Shown one piece after another: positions 51,483 to 59,341 of a DNA stretch of 64,000 bases; the stretch's first letter is position 1, and each line of letters starts with the position of its first letter. Origin of the DNA: a bacterium (GTDB lineage Bacteria; Patescibacteriota; Saccharimonadia; Saccharimonadales; Saccharimonadaceae). The notes under the pieces were generated by a model. It made no database searches. It was not told the DNA's origin and saw only the letters and a list, made by a program, of their open reading frames with translations. The stretch is from the NCBI GenBank assembly GCA_004561445.1, contig SFVX01000001.1, positions 318,266-382,265 on the forward strand, written 5' to 3'. Both the position numbers and the translations under genes were made by a program.

Positions 51483-53105
51483 TTAATACATTCCGCCATC
51501 CATGCCAGCGGCAGGAGTATTATCCTTTTCTGGAACATCGACGATAAGAGCACCCATAGTAATGGCAGTAGCGGCGATGCTGATGGAATTTTGGACAGCT
51601 TCGCGAGTGACGCGAGCTGGATCAACGACGCCAGCTTTCTTCATGTCGATAATGCCCTTCTCTGGGGTCATGACGTTAATACCTTGGCCATCTTTGGCTT
51701 TCTCGACTTGGTCAAGGAGGGCTTGGCTATTGAGTCCAGCATTTTCCATGATTTGGGTGAATGGAGCTTTGAGAGCTTTCTTAACGATAGATACGCCTGG
51801 GTCAGTCTCTTTGAGAGTTTTGCTGAGGTTGACAAGTGTGACACCGCCACCTGGAACGATACCTTCATCGAGAGCGGCTTTGGTGGCTGCAACGGCATCA
51901 TCGACGCGATATTTCTTTTCATCGATTTCGGTCTCGGTAGCACCACCGACCTTGATAACAGCAACACGGCCTTCGAGAGCAGCGGCGCGTTTGTTGAGCT
52001 CACCAGTTTCGTAATCGGAAGTAGAAGCTTCGGCTTGAGCCTTGATTTCGGCAATGCGAGCTTTAATTTCGGCTGGATCGCCGGCACCTTTGATAATAGT
52101 AGTATTGTCTTTGGTGGCGATAATCTTGCGAGCGTTACCGAGTACTTCGAGACCAGCGTCTTCGAGGCTCATGCCCTTTTCGCTAGAGACGACGGTAGCA
52201 CCGGTGAGGATAGCGATATCCTGCATGATTTCTTTGCGACGATCACCGAAAGCTGGGGCTTTTAGAACTAGAGAGTTGAAAACTCCCTTAAGTTTGTTGA
52301 GTACGAGGACAGAGAGAGCTTCGCCTTCAACTTCTTCAGCAATAATGACGAGATCTTTGTGGCCAGTTTGAGCCATTTTCTCAAGGAAAGGCACAATGTC
52401 ATTGGCGGAAGAAATCTTCTTGTCGGTGATAAGAATCTCTGGCTTGTCGAAGGTAGCTTCTTGGCGTTGGCTATCGGTGACGAAGAATGCGGAAGCAAAA
52501 CCTTTGTCGTAAGTGAAGCCTTCGGTGATCTCAGCTTGCATATCAAGGCCTTGGCCTGGTTCAACGGTAACGACACCTTCTTTGCCGATTTTGGTGATAA
52601 TGTCGGCGATAAGTTTGCCGATTTCTGGGTCGCCAGCGCTAATAGTAGCGACTTCGGAGACTTTTTGATTATCGCCAGCGATTTGCTCGGCAGTTTTATT
52701 GATACCTTTGATGATTTCGGCGCCAGCGGCTTCGATGCCCTTACGAAGCTCCATTGGATTGTAACCGGCAGCAATAAGCTTGTTGGCCTCGGCGATAATA
52801 TTGTAGGTGAGAACAGTTACGGTAGTAGTACCGTCGCCGGCAACTTTATTGAGTTTTTGAGCGGCGGTTTTGATGAGGCGAGCGCCAACTTGGTAACCGA
52901 GAGTAGCTTCGTCGGAGTTGCCGAGATCGACGGCTTCGGCAACAGTAACGCCATCATGGGTGATGGTTGGAGCACCGTAACTTTTTTCAATGACAACGTT
53001 ACGACCTTTTGGACCGAAAGTAACTTTGACTGCATCATAGAGAGCTTTGGCACCGCCAAGAACTTTCTCGCGGGCTTCGGCATCATAAAATACTTTTTTA
53101 CTCAT
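51483..53105 (-). CDS. groEL: chaperonin GroEL
   Basis: 540 aa with ...AVKVTFGPKGRNVV..., ...GDGTTT..., and C-terminal GGM-type tail. Confidence 0.97.
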   Translation of the reverse strand: MSKKVFYDAEAREKVLGGAKALYDAVKVTFGPKGRNVVIEKSYGAPTITHDGVTVAEAVDLGNSDEATLGYQVGARLIKTAAQKLNKVAGDGTTTVTVLTYNIIAEANKLIAAGYNPMELRKGIEAAGAEIIKGINKTAEQIAGDNQKVSEVATISAGDPEIGKLIADIITKIGKEGVVTVEPGQGLDMQAEITEGFTYDKGFASAFFVTDSQRQEATFDKPEILITDKKISSANDIVPFLEKMAQTGHKDLVIIAEEVEGEALSVLVLNKLKGVFNSLVLKAPAFGDRRKEIMQDIAILTGATVVSSEKGMSLEDAGLEVLGNARKIIATKDNTTIIKGAGDPAEIKARIAEIKAQAEASTSDYETGELNKRAAALEGRVAVIKVGGATETEIDEKKYRVDDAVAATKAALDEGIVPGGGVTLVNLSKTLKETDPGVSIVKKALKAPFTQIMENAGLNSQALLDQVEKAKDGQGINVMTPEKGIIDMKKAGVVDPARVTREAVQNSISIAATAITMGALIVDVPEKDNTPAAGMDGGMY

Positions 53106-53113
53106 AATTCTCC

Positions 53114-53368
53114 TTAGAGGGTAGCAAGAACATCTTCTTCTTTGATAATGAGATGCTCTACTCCGTCGATTTTAATGTTGGTAGTAGAATATTCTTTGTA
53201 AATAATGCGATCCCCGACTTTGACGTTCTTGACGTCTGGGCCGATGGCACTAACAGTTGCGGTGTTAGGGGTCTCTTTGGCTTCGCCGAGAAGGATGCCA
53301 GAAGCGGTCTTTTCCTGAGGGGCTTCTTTGACGGCGACAACTCGGTCGGCTAGAGGTTTAATAGACAT
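53114..53368 (-). CDS. groES: co-chaperonin GroES
   Basis: 84 aa, MSIKPLADRVV...; SD AGGAGGA. Confidence 0.95.
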   Translation of the reverse strand: MSIKPLADRVVAVKEAPQEKTASGILLGEAKETPNTATVSAIGPDVKNVKVGDRIIYKEYSTTNIKIDGVEHLIIKEEDVLATL

Positions 53369-53395
53369 GTTTCCTCCTATAAAAGTTATATTTTT

Positions 53396-53424
53396 AGTAT
53401 AGACAGTAGAATTAGCACTGTCAA
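53396..53424 (-). promoter_or_regulatory. groESL promoter TTGACA-17-TATACT
   Basis: Read on the - strand; the -35 box lies inside the CIRCE spacer and right arm. Confidence 0.55.
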
Positions 53425-53438
53425 GCGTCGAGTGCTAA
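53412..53438. promoter_or_regulatory. CIRCE operator (HrcA binding site)
   Basis: TTAGCACTg-N9-GAGTGCTAA versus the consensus TTAGCACTC-N9-GAGTGCTAA. Confidence 0.85.
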
Positions 53439-53469
53439 AAATTAGTTTTGTTCAGGATGGCTTAAGATT

Positions 53470-53478
53470 TGATATGAT
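53470..53478 (+). promoter_or_regulatory. extended -10 TGaTATGAT, 6 nt upstream of ATG 53485
   Basis: No correctly spaced SD. Confidence 0.35.
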
Positions 53479-53484
53479 AAAGGT

Positions 53485-54744
53485 ATGAGCATTAAAGAAA
53501 AAATTCCATTTTATGACAAACTTGTGCTTCCCTATCACGCTGGCAAGGCGGCGATTTATGGGACGATTTATGGTTTTCCGGGACGTAAATTAAAAGTAAT
53601 AGGCGTAACTGGAACTAATGGTAAGACGACGACATCTTTTATGATCTGGAAGATGCTGAATGAATCTGGGCGTCGCACGGGCGTAATGACGACCGTGGGC
53701 TGGGGTGTGGATGAGATTCATGAACAGATGGAACATATGACTACAGTGGATTGCGGTGTGCTGAATAGGCGTATTCGTAAGATTGTTGAGGCAGGTGCAG
53801 AATATTTGGTTTTGGAACTTACAAGTCATGCGTTGGCGCAATATAGGGCGCTAGGTGTGCCGATTGAGATAGCAGTGATGACGAATGTGACGCATGAGCA
53901 TTTGGATTATCATAAAACCTTTGAAAATTATCGTGATGCAAAGCGTAAACTGTTTAAGCAAGCGAAGTATGGCGTAATTAACGCAGATGATCCGTCAGCG
54001 GGCTATTTTGAAGAAGATGTCGATGAATATGTTACTTATGGCATAGATTATGGCGATTTGAAGGCTGAGAAAATTAAGTTGTTGCCAGATGGCGTGGACT
54101 ACAAGGCGGGTGATTTACATATTCGTACGCAAGTAGCGGGCAAATTTAATGTGTCTAATTCCCTAGCGGCTGCGGCAGTAGGTAAGCGTTTGGGGCTTTC
54201 AAATGAAGAGATTGAAAAAGGTATCTACGCGCTGACTGAGGTGGAAGGCCGTATGGTGACAGTAAATGAGGGGCAGGAATTTACGGCGATTATGGATTAT
54301 GCGCATACGCCAGATGCATTTGAGAAGTTGTTGCCAGATATGAAAAAGGCGACCCGCGGAAAGCTAATTGTAATGTTTGGTAGTGCGGGTGGTAGGCGTG
54401 ATCCAAGCAAGCGTGAGCCAATGGGCGAAATTGCGGGTAAAAATGCAGATATTGTGATTTTAACCGAGGAGGACGACCGCGACACGCCTGGGATGGAGAT
54501 TCTCGAACAAATCGCAAAAGGGGCACGCGAATATGGTAAGAAAGATGATAAAGATTTGTTCTTAATCTTGGATCGTCCGAGTGCAATTTTAAAAGCCTGT
54601 CAATTGGCTGGCGCGGGCGATACAGTACTCTTCCTTGGTAAAGGCAACGAAAAAACAATAGAGCGCGCACATGGTGCAGACGCTTATTATGAGCTAGATG
54701 AGATTAAGAAGGCGATAAAGAAGGTTAAAAAGACTGCTAAATAA
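53485..54744 (+). CDS. Mur ligase, MurE-like (short N-terminus)
   Basis: P-loop VTGTNGKTTT, ...DYAHTPDAFEKLL..., ...GSAGGRRDPSKREPMGEIA...; only about 45 aa precede the P-loop. Confidence 0.75.
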   Translation: MSIKEKIPFYDKLVLPYHAGKAAIYGTIYGFPGRKLKVIGVTGTNGKTTTSFMIWKMLNESGRRTGVMTTVGWGVDEIHEQMEHMTTVDCGVLNRRIRKIVEAGAEYLVLELTSHALAQYRALGVPIEIAVMTNVTHEHLDYHKTFENYRDAKRKLFKQAKYGVINADDPSAGYFEEDVDEYVTYGIDYGDLKAEKIKLLPDGVDYKAGDLHIRTQVAGKFNVSNSLAAAAVGKRLGLSNEEIEKGIYALTEVEGRMVTVNEGQEFTAIMDYAHTPDAFEKLLPDMKKATRGKLIVMFGSAGGRRDPSKREPMGEIAGKNADIVILTEEDDRDTPGMEILEQIAKGAREYGKKDDKDLFLILDRPSAILKACQLAGAGDTVLFLGKGNEKTIERAHGADAYYELDEIKKAIKKVKKTAK

Positions 54745-54772
54745 TTGCAACTTCGCATTGGTACTAGCTGAC

Positions 54773-54804
54773 AAAAATCCCCTCGAAAGAGGGGATATTT
54801 TTTG
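54773..54804. terminator. bidirectional intrinsic terminator
   Basis: Stem atcccctc-gaaa-gaggggat flanked by an A-run and a T-run. Confidence 0.7.
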
Positions 54805-54821
54805 TTACTCTTTTTTGTGGT

Positions 54822-55673
54822 TTAGCTGAGCCAGAGGCTGATGCAGCGGATATAACCGCCGCCTTTGAGAAGTTCAGTGATTTCCGGGGTGATGCAGATG
54901 AGGCCGCGAGCTTCGAGAGCGCTCTTAAGTTTTGGAGCGTTGGCAGACATGATGACATGCTTGCCGGTACTGACGAGGTTGCAGGCAAAACCTTTGGTGC
55001 ATTCGTCGTAGTCGACGATGATTTTGTCGAGGTCCTGGATAGCTTCGAGCTTTTTGTTGCTCTCTTCATCGAGAGCGCCTGGACAGTAAGCAATAGTATG
55101 TTCGTCAATGATGGAGATGGCGAGGTCGAGATCGTACCAGAAGCTGTCGGCATGGTTGGTAGCGGGATTGATGTGGATGCTACCATCAGCATTGAGCTGA
55201 GGATTGGCGTGAACTTGGATGAGCTCGAGGCCGAGCTTGTCGGCAACAAAAGTTTGTGCTTCGGGGTCGGAACGGTAGCCGCGACCAGCGAACAAGTATT
55301 TTCCACAACGGAGACTATCGCCTTGGCCGGAATAGAGGTAGTTCTCGGGGACGAGGTAGGTTTTGATGCCCTGCTCTTCGAGCTTTTTGCGAGCGTAGGC
55401 TTCTTCGCCTTTGCGAGCCTCAGGTAGGCGCGCCATGACGGCGATACCGTCTTTGACGATGGCCCAGTTGGCAGTATAAACGCCATCTTGGCAGTCTTTT
55501 GGTGGATCTACTTTGATGATTTCGATGCCAGCTTCGCGGAAACACTCGACGATACGAGCGTGCTCGGCTATGGCTTTCTCGCGATTGATTTTGGTTTCGG
55601 TGTAGTAGGGGTTGATTTTATAATCATCGGTAAAATAGTCTGCCCCGGAAACGAGGAGTTTTTGGTTGATCAT
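54822..55673 (-). CDS. guanidino-group-modifying enzyme superfamily protein (amidinotransferase/DDAH/arginine-deiminase-like fold)
   Basis: 283 aa with the C-terminal ...LLKGGGYIRCISLWL catalytic-Cys motif typical of this superfamily. Confidence 0.6.
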   Translation of the reverse strand: MINQKLLVSGADYFTDDYKINPYYTETKINREKAIAEHARIVECFREAGIEIIKVDPPKDCQDGVYTANWAIVKDGIAVMARLPEARKGEEAYARKKLEEQGIKTYLVPENYLYSGQGDSLRCGKYLFAGRGYRSDPEAQTFVADKLGLELIQVHANPQLNADGSIHINPATNHADSFWYDLDLAISIIDEHTIAYCPGALDEESNKKLEAIQDLDKIIVDYDECTKGFACNLVSTGKHVIMSANAPKLKSALEARGLICITPEITELLKGGGYIRCISLWLS

Positions 55674-55691
55674 TTGTGTTACTCTTCTTGA

Positions 55692-56429
55692 TTAATTTTT
55701 GCGTTCAAAGTTGGCAATGCCGTCAGTGATTTCGTCAAAATTTGCGCCAAGCGCAAGTGCGCCAAGAGCGGCGGCGGCCATGTAATTGACGGATTCTTCG
55801 CCAGTTTCGTAGGTGGCGACATCGAAGTTTTCGTTGCCGTAGCGAAGGTTGGCTTCGGTGCCCTTTTTGTAGAGCTTGAAACGATTGATGCTAAGGTCGG
55901 CACTGCGGTCGTGACCGTAGCTAAATGTGGCGGTCTTGACTGGATAGTTGCTTAGAGTGTCGAATTCTGGATGATCACGGCTGATAATGTTGAAGTTTGG
56001 CTGAGTGTTGAACAAAATATCGCGCGCATCGGACTCGACGGTGGTTGGAGTCATGATAGAAGCTACTGGCGGAAGAGGCTCAACATCGGTATTGATAGTT
56101 TCGTAAATTGGTAGCTGATAAAAAAGATGATTGGCGAGACCTTGGCTAGTGATAGAGATAACAACGTTGTTGGCGCCGGTTTTCCAGATACGAGAGAGCT
56201 GCTTGTAGAGGTCTGAAGTGGTAGCTGGATCAATGATGACGTCGACTTTATCGTCTTGGAATTTGATGATTTCTTTTAAGAAATGTGCAGTTACGTCCCG
56301 CCCACTATTGCCCGTAATAGCAATGATTCTGAGGTCCTTGGCCGGATTGCTATAGTAGGAAGCTAAAAATTTAGCTTTGGCTCGTTGCAATTTTGGCTTA
56401 AGGCCGGATTTCTTTTTCTGCTCCTCCAT
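55692..56429 (-). CDS. truncated Mur-ligase-like protein with degenerate P-loop
   Basis: ITGNSGRDVT in place of GTNGKTTT. It retains the ...NYMAAAALGALALGANFDEITDGIANF end of the central domain but has no C-terminal domain. Confidence 0.5.
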   Translation of the reverse strand: MEEQKKKSGLKPKLQRAKAKFLASYYSNPAKDLRIIAITGNSGRDVTAHFLKEIIKFQDDKVDVIIDPATTSDLYKQLSRIWKTGANNVVISITSQGLANHLFYQLPIYETINTDVEPLPPVASIMTPTTVESDARDILFNTQPNFNIISRDHPEFDTLSNYPVKTATFSYGHDRSADLSINRFKLYKKGTEANLRYGNENFDVATYETGEESVNYMAAAALGALALGANFDEITDGIANFERKN

Positions 56430-56437
56430 ATAATTTT

Positions 56438-56446
56438 AGTATACCA
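56438..56446 (-). promoter_or_regulatory. extended -10 TGgTATACT, 8 nt upstream of ATG 56429
   Basis: Read on the - strand; no SD. Confidence 0.45.
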
Positions 56447-56461
56447 TTTTTAGAGATAATG

Positions 56462-56470
56462 TGCTATAAT
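56462..56470 (+). promoter_or_regulatory. extended -10 TGcTATAAT upstream of the tRNA pair
   Basis: About 97 nt upstream of tRNA-Arg; assignment to the tRNAs is uncertain. Confidence 0.3.
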
Positions 56471-56566
56471 AGTATTTGTTATATCCTTTTGGGATATGAT
56501 GAACGTTTAATCTTTGAACGGTGGACAAGTAAAATGCCTTTTTTGGCGTTTTATTTCTCCACATTT

Positions 56567-56643
56567 GCACCCGTAGCTCAGTTGGATAGAGCGTTGGCTT
56601 GCGGAGCCAAAGGTCGTACGTTCGAATCGTATCGGGTGTACCA
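56567..56643 (+). tRNA. tRNA-Arg (anticodon read as GCG), CCA encoded
   Basis: Hand fold: acceptor gcacccg/cgggtgt, D-loop with A20, anticodon stem ttggc/gccaa, loop ttGCGga, T-arm gtacg-ttcgaat-cgtat. Confidence 0.75.
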
Positions 56644-56678
56644 TATTTTATAGTTACAAAGATTATTATGTTGCAAAA

Positions 56679-56701
56679 AGCATCCTTCGGGATGTTTTTT
56701 G
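56679..56701 (+). terminator. terminator-like hairpin after tRNA-Arg
   Basis: Stem gcatcc-ttcg-ggatgt followed by TTTTTT. Confidence 0.45.
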
Positions 56702-56759
56702 TTGCCCTGCTCCTCTCTTGCGGTTTATTTGGGGGCGAAAGTATGATAGTATTAGAGAT

Positions 56760-56847
56760 GGAAGCGTGGCCGAGTGGTTGAAGGCGCACGACTCGAAATC
56801 GTGTGGGCAGCAATGTCTCGGAGGTTCGAATCCTCTCGCTTCCGCCA
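56760..56847 (+). tRNA. tRNA-Ser (anticodon CGA), class II, CCA encoded
   Basis: Hand fold: acceptor ggaagcg/cgcttcc, anticodon stem cacga/tcgtg, loop ctCGAaa, long variable arm. Confidence 0.85.
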
Positions 56848-56857
56848 TTTTTTAGAG

Positions 56858-56881
56858 ATTGTCCCAGCGGGCAATTTTTTA
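56858..56881 (+). terminator. terminator-like hairpin after tRNA-Ser
   Basis: Stem attgtcc/gggcaat followed by TTTTT. Confidence 0.4.
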
Positions 56882-56911
56882 TTGGTATATAATGGATAAA
56901 AAGGAGGAAAG

Positions 56912-57286
56912 ATGGCGAGTATTTTTGCAAAGATTGTAGCTGGTGATATACCGAGCTATAAGATTTATGAGGATGAGAAGACTTATGCGTTTCTTGATAT
57001 ACATCCTGAAGTACGTGGACATGTGCTAGTAATTCCGAAGATTGAAGTGGACAAAATTTATGAGCTACCAGATGAAGACTACGTGGCTTTGTGGCAAAGT
57101 GTAAAGAAGATTGCTAAGCACATGGAAGAGGTGCTGGGCGCGCGTGTGATAATGAAAGTTGTGGGCACAGATGTGCCGCACGCACACGTGCATTTGACGC
57201 CATTGGATGAGAATTGGGAGTATGGTAAGACTTTGGAGCTCTCGGAAGCAGAATTTAAGGAGATTCAAGAGAAGCTCGCGATGTAG
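56912..57286 (+). CDS. HIT-family (histidine triad) nucleotide hydrolase
   Basis: 124 aa with IFAKIVAGDIPS... and HAHVHL triad; SD AAGGAGG. Confidence 0.9.
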   Translation: MASIFAKIVAGDIPSYKIYEDEKTYAFLDIHPEVRGHVLVIPKIEVDKIYELPDEDYVALWQSVKKIAKHMEEVLGARVIMKVVGTDVPHAHVHLTPLDENWEYGKTLELSEAEFKEIQEKLAM

Positions 57287-57370
57287 CCAATGTGGCTAAG
57301 CTTGACTTTTTGAACAAAGTGTGCTATAATTAGGTATGTTGCCAGAAACTCTGATAAGGGGGTGATATGA

Positions 57371-57658
57371 ATGGCAATGTACCCCATAGAGGCATGTGAT
57401 TTAGATCTTGGAAAGGTGGTTGTTGGGGATGATATTTATATCCACATAAGAACCGCCAATGGCGAAGTGGCTGTCGTTGATTTGCGCGTAGATATTGTTG
57501 AAGAACACGAGCTTTTGCGCGAAAGGACGATTGTCGCTACCAGGCCTATTGTGGGCTCGATCCGTCAGTATTTCACTTTAAAACATTATTATGACGACGA
57601 TTCGAAAGATCTTTGGTCTGCTAAAGACCTGAATCTTATGCCTATTCCAACTGATTAG
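57371..57658 (+). CDS. hypothetical protein (95 aa)
   Basis: SD AGGGGGTG; terminator immediately downstream. Confidence 0.5.
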   Translation: MAMYPIEACDLDLGKVVVGDDIYIHIRTANGEVAVVDLRVDIVEEHELLRERTIVATRPIVGSIRQYFTLKHYYDDDSKDLWSAKDLNLMPIPTD

Positions 57659-57682
57659 CCGCCCGGAAACGGGCGGCCTTTT
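57658..57682 (+). terminator. intrinsic terminator
   Basis: Stem gccgcccg-gaaa-cgggcggc followed by TTTT. Confidence 0.7.
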
Positions 57683-57699
57683 CATTTGTCTAAAGAGTA

Positions 57700-58896
57700 T
57701 TATTTTTGTCTGCTACACACAGAGGCATAAGCGTTCTTTGGAGTGCGACCATTTCTGTCTGGAGGTACGAATTGAATGCCTTGACTTTCAAGTTTGTCTA
57801 TCCACTTGCTCTCTGAATAAGCTTTTGGGTGCGTCATAAGAATATGGCCTTCTTGATATTCTTGATGCATAGTTTTAATTTCTCGCATAAGTTTACGGCT
57901 AGGTTGACCTGGCTCTTCGGCGAGATTTAACGGTGTGGCAAGTAGACTAGCGCCAAACCTTTGGGCGCGGTTTTTGGGATTTGGATATGCTTCGTATTTG
58001 CGCTTATAGTGCTCTGGATTTTTTGGGCCGATGCCGCGACCAAACTCAGATTTTGGCTTGTACCAGACTGGCGAAGATGCAATATCACTTTCGTCCTTTC
58101 CGATGACTACACCTGGATCCCAGAAAGTCGTAGTTTGAACATAGGCGTCTTTGAAAGCGTGAGAAACTAGATATTTTGCGATTTCTCGAGTAGAGCCAGT
58201 ACGAGAAACCTCGTCGACGATAAGGATGCGTTTGCCGTCTAAAGTGGCGGGTAGCTTCATGGTTTCGCTTGGATCCTCTGTATCGATCCCGCCTTCGATA
58301 TAAAGGGCGCGGAGCTGGGCGAATATTTCTGGCGGAAGAGCGTTGGCTTTGTCACGGAAGTTTTCAAAAGTAATTTTACTACGGTCCCCGCCAATCATGC
58401 GTCCGTCGTTATCGGTATCGATACCGACTTTTTTGAACCAGTCAGCGCGATCGATTGAGAGGTATGAGTGTGGAGGACGCTCCTTTTCTGTAAAGTCTCC
58501 CCAGAAAGTATTAACTAGCCACGAAACAGGACGAGCGGATTTATCCAAATAGATGATATGGTCGTATTTTGGCTCGCCTTCTCGTGATTCGCCAGCAATG
58601 GTAGCGATAGTGTCTGCTGTATTAGTGACATATCGGCTCATGGTAGCATCAAGGTTTTGTTCTAGTGATGGGCCACCATATACTTTTTTCTCGCCTTGCG
58701 TGCGGAAGATTGGAAAATCGTCTGGATTGACATGGTAGCGCTTGGCGGGGTCCTCCATGAGCTCAGCCTCGCTATACTGACGAGGATCCTCTGGAAAACG
58801 TGGTTCTGTGCGCTCTAGATCCTCGGTAGTTTGTGGCTCTTTGAGTGAATCCCAGCTTGAAGTGGCTGCGGACTTAGAAGATAATTTTTCGTGCAT
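57700..58896 (-). CDS. phosphoribosyltransferase-domain protein with long N- and C-terminal extensions
   Basis: 398 aa with PRT motif KRILIVDEVSRTGST; the rest is unassignable. Confidence 0.55.
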   Translation of the reverse strand: MHEKLSSKSAATSSWDSLKEPQTTEDLERTEPRFPEDPRQYSEAELMEDPAKRYHVNPDDFPIFRTQGEKKVYGGPSLEQNLDATMSRYVTNTADTIATIAGESREGEPKYDHIIYLDKSARPVSWLVNTFWGDFTEKERPPHSYLSIDRADWFKKVGIDTDNDGRMIGGDRSKITFENFRDKANALPPEIFAQLRALYIEGGIDTEDPSETMKLPATLDGKRILIVDEVSRTGSTREIAKYLVSHAFKDAYVQTTTFWDPGVVIGKDESDIASSPVWYKPKSEFGRGIGPKNPEHYKRKYEAYPNPKNRAQRFGASLLATPLNLAEEPGQPSRKLMREIKTMHQEYQEGHILMTHPKAYSESKWIDKLESQGIQFVPPDRNGRTPKNAYASVCSRQK

Positions 58897-58986
58897 GTTT
58901 TTAGTTTTTTATGTTTGATAATGATACCCTTATGGCTATATTAGCATAGTTCTTATGTTTTGTCAAGGTAGTAAAAAAGAGGGCTT

Positions 58987-59250
58987 TTACCCTCTGCTGT
59001 CAAGCGCATCGAAAATTTCGGCAGCGATTTTCCAGGCGTTAGCCCGTGACCTATCGTTGAGGTTGGCGAATACGATACGGATTATTCCTTCGTAAATATG
59101 CGTGATATCATACTCGATAATTACGCCCTCTTTAGTATACTTTTCTAGTATTTCGGTGAGTTTTTTGATCTTTTCGTCAACGCTCACTCCTTTGGTATTA
59201 AAAGTGATGACTGCGGTTTTTGCGCTTCTTGGTAATAAACAGCTTGCCAT
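58987..59250 (-). CDS. hypothetical protein (87 aa)
   Basis: Strong SD GAGGAGGGG 5 nt upstream. Confidence 0.5.
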   Translation of the reverse strand: MASCLLPRSAKTAVITFNTKGVSVDEKIKKLTEILEKYTKEGVIIEYDITHIYEGIIRIVFANLNDRSRANAWKIAAEIFDALDSRG

Positions 59251-59302
59251 TTTATCCCCTCCTCTTATGGCACGGTTTTATTGTAACATAAAATGGCGCA
59301 AG

Positions 59303-59328
59303 AAAAAGCAGCCCTGTAATAGACTGCT
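59303..59328 (-). terminator. weak terminator-like hairpin after valS
   Basis: 5-bp stem agcag/ctgct followed by a T-run on the - strand. Confidence 0.3.
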
Positions 59329-59341
59329 CTTCTCTACTCTG

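Noticed and set aside
56436-56930. 164-aa - strand ORF
   Set aside because: It runs antisense through two well-folded tRNA genes (Arg and Ser) and their terminators, so it is an artefact.
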